Shown here one piece after another: positions 18,120 through 24,757 of a DNA stretch of 25,914 nt. The notes under the pieces are model-generated. The model ran no database searches. It was not told the origin of the DNA and was given only the letters and a program-made list of their open reading frames with translations. The translations under genes and the position numbers were made by a program. Every line of letters starts with the position of its first letter. Position 1 is the stretch's first letter. This DNA comes from Bacteroidota bacterium (GTDB lineage: Bacteria; Bacteroidota; Bacteroidia; Cytophagales; Hymenobacteraceae). The DNA lies in contig JAFADQ010000358.1 of the NCBI GenBank assembly GCA_023424725.1, positions 1 through 25,914 on the forward strand. The letters are read 5' to 3'.

Positions 18120-20066
18120 TCAATACAAAACCACCGATTCTATTTTGTCGCCAATTTCGAGGCGGTGCACTACGTCCATGCCTTTTATTACCTGCGCGAA
18201 ATTGGTGTAGCGGCCATCCAGGTGCGGAGTGGCGGTGTGGGTGATAAACCACTGGCAGCTTTCGGTATCTTTTCCGGCCGAGGCCAGGCCAACCGAGCCC
18301 TGTAAAAACCGGTCAGGCGCAAATTCTGAGCGGATGTTATAGTCGGTACTTCCCCAACCGTCGCCGCGCGGGCAACCACCCTGCACTACAAAATTCGGCA
18401 CCACGCGGTGCATGGTTTTGCCATCGTAAAAGCCTTTGCGGGCAAGGGTAACGAAATTGGCTACCGAGCCCGGTGCGCTGTTTACATCCAGCTGCAGCAT
18501 AATTTCGCCTTTGCTGGTAATTATGCGCACTTTTTGGTTTGCCGGAATGCTTTGCACCAGCTGCCAGTTTATGGGCTGGGTAAAATCAGATTCGGGCACT
18601 TCAATATCTGTATTTCCGGTAACGTAATTAATAGTTTTCTGCAGCTCGATAAATGTTTCGGTATCGCGGGGCAGGGTAAGGTTTTCCTGGGCATCTTCCA
18701 GAAAATCGAAGCTATCGAAGTCGTTTCTGAGGTTGCTGGCCGGGTTGCGGATAGCCGCCGCGATAATGCCAACCGTTGCTACATCGCCGCCTTTTACCGC
18801 ATTCTGAAGTATCTCGGCAAAAACAGATTTCAGCCCTGGGTTAAAGTTCTCTTTATTGCGCATTTCGGTTAAAGCCTCTGCCGCGGCGGTTTTTAATACC
18901 GGCTCCTGCTCGTTCAACAGCACATCGCTCAGCACCGGGAAAAACTCCATGTCTTCGCTCATGGCTTTCAGCAAATGAGCCTTTTCGTATTTGTTGGCAG
19001 AACTTTCGTAGCGGCTTTCTATTTTCCTGCGGATAGCGGCTTTCTCATTATCTGCGGCGTGGCGCAAAGCAGCTTGCAGCAAGGTGGCCTTTGTGCGCCA
19101 GTTAAGGGCGTTTTCGGCGCTGGCGGCCAGTTTTTTGCCCCCCGCAGGTTTTCCGTTGGCCAATAAATACTCTGCGGCAACCAACGCCACGTGCGGGTTT
19201 GCATCGGTAAGCGATTTAAAAACAGCGCTTTGCCCATCAGCATAAGGAATTTTACTAAGGGCCCTGATGGCGCTTAGCCGCACGCGGTAATCTTTATCTG
19301 CAACAGCAACTTTTGCCAGCGCCGGCGCTATAGTGGCAGATTTTACCTTACCCAAGGCAGTTGCAACAGCACTTCTGATGATACCAGACTTCTCGGTTTG
19401 CAATAAGGCTACTAAGGTTTGCTCCCAGGCAGTGAGGTCTGTATTTGGTGTGCGGGCTAATGTATGCGCTGCGGCAAGCCGGGTATAATAAGAGTTTTGT
19501 GGTTGCAGCCGCTCTACAGACCGTTCTGTTGCCTGCGCGCTGCTAATGCCGCGCATGCCGGCCCGGTACAAGCCCCATTGCTGGCCAGCCACTACCACCG
19601 TATCGCGGATTTGGTTTTGTATAAAAAGTGTAAGTCCGGCCGCGGTGGTTTCTTTACCTAATGCCTCGTACAGGGTAGCAAGCACTGCAGGATATGTTTC
19701 GTTAGCAAAGGCTTCGGTAAGATATTCGAGCACAGCCGGGCCGCCTGTTTGGCCAAGCGCGAAGGCTGCGTTTTGCCGCACCGTTGGCTCGGGGTCGGTA
19801 AGTAACTGTGCCAGCTGTGGAGTAATGGTGGTGTCTTGCACGGAGGCGAATGCCAGGGCTGCCTCGGCTCTTACGGCTGGTTGCGGGTTGCCCAAATACG
19901 GCAGCAGGTTTTGGGTTTGGCGCTGGTCTTTAAATGTGTGGATATCGCGGATAGCTACTTCGGTAAATTTATTGGCCACGGCAGCCTGATTTCCTACCTG
20001 TGTGGGCACCGGCCGACAGCTTGCTATGGCCAATAGTAACCCAAATACGTATACTCCCGATCTCAT
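18120..20066 (-). CDS. HEAT-repeat lipoprotein fused to a cyclophilin-type peptidyl-prolyl isomerase
   Basis: Lipobox IASC; HEAT repeats (VRAEAALAF, VRQNAAFALG, VRLSAIRALS); cyclophilin FYDGKTMHRVVPNFVVQGG...QWFITH..PHLDGRYTNF. Start 20066 is preferred because ATG 20111 abuts a terminator and a TACCTTG promoter-like element lies between the two. Confidence 0.9.
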   Translation of the reverse strand: MRSGVYVFGLLLAIASCRPVPTQVGNQAAVANKFTEVAIRDIHTFKDQRQTQNLLPYLGNPQPAVRAEAALAFASVQDTTITPQLAQLLTDPEPTVRQNAAFALGQTGGPAVLEYLTEAFANETYPAVLATLYEALGKETTAAGLTLFIQNQIRDTVVVAGQQWGLYRAGMRGISSAQATERSVERLQPQNSYYTRLAAAHTLARTPNTDLTAWEQTLVALLQTEKSGIIRSAVATALGKVKSATIAPALAKVAVADKDYRVRLSAIRALSKIPYADGQSAVFKSLTDANPHVALVAAEYLLANGKPAGGKKLAASAENALNWRTKATLLQAALRHAADNEKAAIRRKIESRYESSANKYEKAHLLKAMSEDMEFFPVLSDVLLNEQEPVLKTAAAEALTEMRNKENFNPGLKSVFAEILQNAVKGGDVATVGIIAAAIRNPASNLRNDFDSFDFLEDAQENLTLPRDTETFIELQKTINYVTGNTDIEVPESDFTQPINWQLVQSIPANQKVRIITSKGEIMLQLDVNSAPGSVANFVTLARKGFYDGKTMHRVVPNFVVQGGCPRGDGWGSTDYNIRSEFAPDRFLQGSVGLASAGKDTESCQWFITHTATPHLDGRYTNFAQVIKGMDVVHRLEIGDKIESVVLY

Positions 20067-20111
20067 AATAATTGCTTTGCCCGGCAAGGTACTTAAATAT
20101 GGCGTTTCCAT

Positions 20112-20149
20112 AAAAAAAGCCCGCGCCTAAAAATCAGGAGCGGGCTTTC
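20112..20149 (-). terminator. Intrinsic terminator of the 20215..21291 gene
   Basis: Minus strand AAAGCCCGCTCCT-gattttt-AGGCGCGGGC-TTTTTTT. Confidence 0.8.
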
Positions 20150-20214
20150 TTAAAGCAGGTTTTGGTTGCTGGCGGCAGGCTTTTTGGCATCTGCAGCTTA
20201 AACCATATTCTTTT

Positions 20215-21291
20215 TTATTTCAGAATTACAAAACGGCCATTATCTATGCGGTTGCCATTTTTATCCAGCAGCGAGTACATGTAAGTGCCAGCCCCGAACT
20301 GATTTGTGGCAAGCACCAGGCGGTTAAGTCCGGCTACATTTTCGGTTTTTACCTGGCGGCCCAGCATGTCGGTAATTACAAGGCGGGTAGCGTTGGCATT
20401 CTCTATATCGAATGTTACAGGCTTATTGACTACCGGATTTGGATATACGTTACTGGCAGGTGTTACAGCAATTTGCTCTGGCGCCGACACCATTACCGAC
20501 GACTGGTATCCGGCCGCGATAGAAGTGCCTGGATTAAAAGCATCTTCCTGTAGTGTCATTAATCTTGCGCCCGGGCCGTTTTTATACCAGGTATAGGTAA
20601 TAGTGGTATCGCTATAAGAAGAGCCCGGAATAGGCGACCAGCCAGCGCCAAAGTTTGTATAGGTGCTATCTATGCTATAGGAGAACTCGCGTACACGCAA
20701 TGTATTAGGATAGGTTCCGGCTGGCGTAGTAAGGCTGCCATAACCATCGGCCACGAAGGACTGGTAGGTAGTAATTACCATCCGGAATTGCGCTATGCCT
20801 ACCGATCCTTCTATTATCATTTTGCCGGTATTGCTGCGCGTATCGCCGTAGGTAAAGGGACCGGGCACCACCAGCATATCGGGCTCGAAAGGAAAGTGGC
20901 TTACAGTAATACCCTCTACCACAACCGGGTCGGTGCCCATGCCATCTACATAAAACCCGGTGGCATCCTGCTTAAAAAATACCGCCATGCTATCGCCGGG
21001 GTTATAAGAAGCAATGGTAGCGTTAGGAAAATTGGCAGAATAAGAAGCCGGCACGGAAGCAACGCTTACAAAGTTGGTAACTACGGTATCGTCTACTTCA
21101 AATGCGTTAGAATAATCCCAGGTTTGGGCTGCTCCACCTGCGCCTATCTGGTGCATTCCGTAGCGGTTATCCATAAGTTCGGTCCAGGATTCGCCTGTTT
21201 GCGGGGCATCGCTACCGGTAATGGTTATAGATTGTGCCGAAGCTGCCAGAGGCAAAGTTGCCAGCGCAGCAATGTAAAATAACTTTCTCAT
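20215..21291 (-). CDS. Secreted beta-rich protein with T9SS type A sorting domain, function unknown
   Basis: Signal peptide; GAGGAAQTWDYS, ADGYGSLTTPAGTY; C-terminal VYPNPV...DMLGRQV...GTYMY...GRFVILK. Confidence 0.88.
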   Translation of the reverse strand: MRKLFYIAALATLPLAASAQSITITGSDAPQTGESWTELMDNRYGMHQIGAGGAAQTWDYSNAFEVDDTVVTNFVSVASVPASYSANFPNATIASYNPGDSMAVFFKQDATGFYVDGMGTDPVVVEGITVSHFPFEPDMLVVPGPFTYGDTRSNTGKMIIEGSVGIAQFRMVITTYQSFVADGYGSLTTPAGTYPNTLRVREFSYSIDSTYTNFGAGWSPIPGSSYSDTTITYTWYKNGPGARLMTLQEDAFNPGTSIAAGYQSSVMVSAPEQIAVTPASNVYPNPVVNKPVTFDIENANATRLVITDMLGRQVKTENVAGLNRLVLATNQFGAGTYMYSLLDKNGNRIDNGRFVILK

Positions 21292-21347
21292 AGGGTTGTG
21301 TACGATAAATTGTTGGTGCTGTGTTAATTACTGGTATTATACAGGCG

Positions 21348-21355
21348 CAAAATTA
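21348..21355 (-). promoter_or_regulatory. Bacteroidota -7 promoter element (TAATTTTG)
   Basis: Exact TAnnTTTG match on the minus strand, about 57 nt upstream of ATG 21291. Confidence 0.6.
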
Positions 21356-21592
21356 CGTTATTTTATGATTCGTGATCTTTCAAACTATAAATCTATTTCT
21401 GCTTTTTTCTGCCACTAAAAGCATCCTTATTTTCTTAAACGTGCAAGCAATATTATTGGCTTAAAAGCATGTTTAAATAAACCTCTTCTTACTTCCGGCT
21501 TTTATGCTTACGGTCTTTATTTGCGGGGGTTTACTAACTAATGTTGCATCGAAAAAGTAAAACGGGCTTTGCAAATCAGTTTACCTCATCTT

Positions 21593-21673
21593 TGCCCTGC
21601 GGGCATTTCTTTCTGTAGGAGAAAAGAGCCCCTGTGAAGGGCAAAAGGCTGCTCTTTACAGGGCAGCTTTTTT
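21593..21673 (+). ncRNA. Putative structured leader/attenuator or small RNA ending in an intrinsic terminator
   Basis: GC-rich hairpins in an AT-rich intergenic region; terminator GGCTGCTCT-ttac-AGGGCAGCT-TTTTT; competing 13-bp stem 21630-21642/21651-21663; no substantial + strand ORF upstream. Confidence 0.55.
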
Positions 21674-21784
21674 GTTTTTGGGGTGAAGATCTATTCCGGG
21701 AATTTTATGAGATTATGGCGCTGAATATAATCCGGCTTTGATTATGTAAACCTATTTCGGCATATTTAAACAAAATTAAACAGC

Positions 21785-22210
21785 ATGGCCCTGAGCAATA
21801 TAAGGAATGCCTGCTTACCGCTTTTGCTGCTTATGCTGGGCGGCTGCGGCTGCGAAGACGAGCCGGAGCAAAAGTTTGGCTTAAAATTTTTCCGGAACGG
21901 CAACCGCGTTTCGGTAGGAGTAGAGAGAATTTACGGCATTGGCGGCAACGGCGATATAAAGATCGCTCGTGGCGATTCGCTGTACCGTTTGCCCATGTCT
22001 ATGATGGCCGACAGCAGTTCTTTTGTGGTGCACACCGTAGATAACACCAAACCCGATACGCTCACCATTACTTACACCCGCGATTTTTCTTTCCGGGGCA
22101 GGGCCTGCGGCTTTGGTATAAAATATAACGAGCTCGGCTCAGGCCAAAGCACCACCTATAGCCAGGTAAATTTTAAAAAATGGGCCGATGAAATTGAAGT
22201 ACATCTTTAG
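21785..22210 (+). CDS. Lipoprotein, DUF6452-like
   Basis: Lipobox LGGC; DTLTITYTRDFSFRGRACGF resembles the family motif as I recall it; overlaps the next gene. Confidence 0.7.
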   Translation: MALSNIRNACLPLLLLMLGGCGCEDEPEQKFGLKFFRNGNRVSVGVERIYGIGGNGDIKIARGDSLYRLPMSMMADSSSFVVHTVDNTKPDTLTITYTRDFSFRGRACGFGIKYNELGSGQSTTYSQVNFKKWADEIEVHL

Positions 22211-22862
22211 AATTGCGCTATTTGCATTCGCGGCAATTTTACCGGTAGCTGCCAGCGCTCAGGGCGGCTTGCCACCAGGCCTTTATGCTGGCGCCGATGT
22301 TACCAAATCGGTTTTTATGCAAGGCCTTATATTAGAGCCGGTAGTAAAGTTGCGCACCAATTCTTTGCTAACGCTTTCGCTTACCTACGGGCATGCCAGC
22401 CTTACCCGCGATCCTATTTACGAGAATGTAGCCTACCGTAACAAAGGCAGCTATTTTAAGCCGGGCGCGGAGCTAATGCTCGGAACAGATTTTGTTTCGT
22501 TGGGCTTGTCTTATCTTATTTCTAACTATACCGAAACCGGCCAAACCACTTTGCCCGGGCCATATTGGGGCGATGTAACCATGGGCTACCACCGCGAAAT
22601 GCAAACCAAAGGCATAGAAGGAAACCTTAATATTTACTTGCCCGCCACTAGCTGGCTAACCATTCAGCTTACCGGGCGCTTTATATCGGTAAATAACCAT
22701 ATTGTATCTGGCAACAACCGCGATGTGCCCGTATTTTACGCTCCCGGCGCCGGCCGCATGCGCGAAGACGACAGCCCCAGCCAGGCAACCACGGCCGGTT
22801 TTAGCGCAGGCTTACTGTTTAAACTCTTTTCGTTAAAATCTGCAGAAACGCCTGCCCGGTAG
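22188..22862 (+). CDS. Outer-membrane beta-barrel-like protein, DUF6048-like
   Basis: Signal peptide; GLYAGADVTK, YRNKGSYFKPG, FYAPGAG; alternating hydrophobic strands. Confidence 0.68.
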   Translation: MKLKYIFRIALFAFAAILPVAASAQGGLPPGLYAGADVTKSVFMQGLILEPVVKLRTNSLLTLSLTYGHASLTRDPIYENVAYRNKGSYFKPGAELMLGTDFVSLGLSYLISNYTETGQTTLPGPYWGDVTMGYHREMQTKGIEGNLNIYLPATSWLTIQLTGRFISVNNHIVSGNNRDVPVFYAPGAGRMREDDSPSQATTAGFSAGLLFKLFSLKSAETPAR

Positions 22863-22890
22863 CGGCCATATTTTTGCCCGTTGCAGCCCA

Positions 22891-22930
22891 AAAAAAACAC
22901 CCGGCGCTTTGCTGCGCCAGGCGTTTTTTT
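22891..22930. terminator. Intrinsic terminator between convergent genes (best pairing on minus strand)
   Basis: Minus strand AAAAAACGCCTGGCGC-agcaaa-GCGCCGGGTGTTTTTTT, fully paired with two G-U pairs. Confidence 0.75.
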
Positions 22931-22959
22931 ATTCTATTTTTTCTTGATTATCGGCTCAT

Positions 22960-23556
22960 TTAAATACTATCTGTTACTACCAGTAAGGCATAAATTACAC
23001 CTGGCAACCAGACCAACAACGTTAATACCAAACTTATCCAGAACCGGTTGTTTATTTCTCCTTCGTGTAAATAAACAGCTAGTGGCGGGATAAATATGGC
23101 TAATATTACTTCCACAAATGTTGCTTTAATGGCTTTAATGCCTGAAAATATGCCTTTTTTGGTTTTCTTCTTCTCTACCTTGTTGGTCATTTCCGGATAA
23201 GCCAAAGGAGCAAATACTGTTTGATCTTCAGAAACGGCAATTTTATCTGTAGCAGCAGTTCCTTCTTCAGCATTTATCTCGTAAAACTTTTTGGCTGGAA
23301 GCGCAGGCGTAGTTTCGGCAGCAGAAGCTTCTAACGTTGGGCCATCGGGCATAGTGCTTGGCAGCTCGGTGGCGATTTCTGCTGTGGCGGTGGCATTTTC
23401 GGGGCTTACAGCCTCGGGTTTAACTTCGGTTTTTTTCTGTTTGTGGTAGGCCGTGCTTCCCGATCCGAAATCGTAGTATTTAGCGCTTCCGCAGGCAAAA
23501 AATACCTGGCTGGCTATCACCACCAATAACATTTGTAGTAACTGTTTGTACTTCAT
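22960..23556 (-). CDS. YqaE/Pmp3-family membrane protein with N-terminal lipoprotein signal and A/T/E/P-rich linker
   Basis: C-terminal VILAIFIPPLAVYL...FWISLVLTLLVWLPGVIYALLVV; lipobox-like FFAC. Start placed at MKYKQ (23556). Confidence 0.88.
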   Translation of the reverse strand: MKYKQLLQMLLVVIASQVFFACGSAKYYDFGSGSTAYHKQKKTEVKPEAVSPENATATAEIATELPSTMPDGPTLEASAAETTPALPAKKFYEINAEEGTAATDKIAVSEDQTVFAPLAYPEMTNKVEKKKTKKGIFSGIKAIKATFVEVILAIFIPPLAVYLHEGEINNRFWISLVLTLLVWLPGVIYALLVVTDSI

Positions 23557-23738
23557 AGTGCTCCTATTATGGTTGAAAAAACTAAAAACCATCTCTTTGT
23601 GCCTAATTCCAAAAAAGTGGTTTCTTTGAATACGGCGTATTACATAGTAAGTTCATATATGCTTGTTTTCTTTTATTCTGGTTTTAAAGTTGGCATTAAA
23701 ACATGATCTTAAATTAATCTAAAACAGAAGACACTTAT

Positions 23739-23840
23739 TTATCCACATCTGAATGCGCATAACCCTGTTGATATTCTATAATTTACAGGGGATAACATAG
23801 CCAAAACGCGTGCATATCTGTAGGGGAAACTTGTTGATAA
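23739..23840. promoter_or_regulatory. Cluster of DnaA-box-like 9-mers (candidate oriC or DnaA-binding locus)
   Basis: Perfect TTATCCACA at 23739-23747; opposite-orientation TGCGCATAA 23754, TGTTGATAT 23766, AGGGGATAA 23787, CGTGCATAT 23809, TGTTGATAA 23832; AT-rich tract immediately to the left. Confidence 0.5.
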
Positions 23841-23956
23841 CAACCTGATACCAAACTACCGTAAACCCGAATTAATGCCTCAACTTTAGGGCGTCGGATA
23901 GAGTTATTTTTGTTCTGGCACGATGTTCTCTATTACCTGTTCATATCACTTTATGT

Positions 23957-24193
23957 ATGATCAGATCGTTACTATATAAAACCAAAACAGCGCCAGCAGG
24001 CATGTTATCTGTTTCGGCAGAAATAGAAATGGCGCTGATGAACAAACGGGCAAACGGCCTAATTATAGGGCTGGAGAAATACCGGCAACTGAAAGAAGAA
24101 AGCTCAGGCTGTAGGGCTCATTTTTCGGGCCGGTACAACGAAATGCCCATTATTGTAGATTCTACACAAGTAAACCGCCTTACGGTTTATTAA
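23957..24193 (+). CDS. Small hypothetical protein (78 aa); possible stand-alone HK97 A-domain-like fold
   Basis: ATG-started ORF in an otherwise empty region, followed by hairpins and a terminator; helix-GLIIG-helix-RYNEMPIIVD pattern. Confidence 0.6.
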   Translation: MIRSLLYKTKTAPAGMLSVSAEIEMALMNKRANGLIIGLEKYRQLKEESSGCRAHFSGRYNEMPIIVDSTQVNRLTVY

Positions 24194-24199
24194 ACATAC

Positions 24200-24297
24200 A
24201 AAGTCTGCGGGCCGGACTTTAAACGCTCTGCCCTTCGGGGCGGATTTTAGCTCTCTCGATTAGGCGAAAGGCTGCTCTCTGCTGAGGGCAGCTTTTT
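24200..24297 (+). ncRNA. Three-hairpin structured 3' UTR or small RNA ending in a terminator related to that at 21643-21673
   Basis: AAAGTCT/GGACTTT stem; TCTGCCC-TTCG-GGGCGGA (cUUCGg tetraloop); GGCTGCTCT-ctgctg-AGGGCAGCT-TTTT. Confidence 0.55.
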
Positions 24298-24363
24298 CCT
24301 TTTTATAGCGTATTATGGTTATTGCTGCTATATTTAAGCCAGTAAACTAACCTGTTAAACAAG

Positions 24364-24579
24364 ATGCAAAACACCGTAGTTGTAATAACCCAAAAAGATG
24401 GCCGCCGCGAAACCCGCGAGTTTAGAGTATCGACTTACCAAAGCTCGCGCACCCAAATACGCACCACGCTAAACAGCCTGGGCTACGAGGTAAAAGCCAT
24501 TATGGACAAAGACATTGCCCTGGAGCTGGGCGTACCCGGCGTAACCGAAGATTCGGGCCCGGAATCGGAAACCATGTAA
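24364..24579 (+). CDS. Small hypothetical protein (71 aa)
   Basis: ATG preceded by an A-rich leader; host-like codons (ACC, CGC, GGC, GTA); followed by a terminator. Confidence 0.7.
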   Translation: MQNTVVVITQKDGRRETREFRVSTYQSSRTQIRTTLNSLGYEVKAIMDKDIALELGVPGVTEDSGPESETM

Positions 24580-24626
24580 TAATTTATACTGCGCCGGGCC
24601 GGTTTTTGCCCCTCGCAGCCTGCCCT

Positions 24627-24665
24627 AAAAAAGCCTCTTTGCAACAGTTACAAAGAGGCTTTTTT
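24627..24665. terminator. Bidirectional intrinsic terminator
   Basis: AAAAAAGCCTCTTTG-caacagtta-CAAAGAGGCTTTTTT between convergent ORFs. Confidence 0.88.
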
Positions 24666-24757
24666 ATTTATGCGACAACCACCTTCCGGATATAGTAATT
24701 ACCAGACCGGGCAAAAGTTATGGTTGTTATCGGTTGTTGCCCGGTATTTTCAGCAGA

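Noticed and set aside
4143..20596. Numerous long antisense or overlapping ORFs in the track (e.g. 4143..4655, 7405..7923, 11559..12140, 18408..18872)
   Set aside because: Shadow frames of well-supported genes with no independent motifs.
23957..24579. Prophage remnant or type III toxin-antitoxin interpretation of the small ORFs and RNA hairpins
   Set aside because: No other phage genes, no tandem antitoxin repeats, and the ORFs are too small and lack ToxN/CptN/TenpN features.
24706..24745. ACCGGGCAA/TTGCCCGGT 9-bp inverted repeat
   Set aside because: Short, with a long loop and no second copy recognised; a strong terminator already lies nearby.
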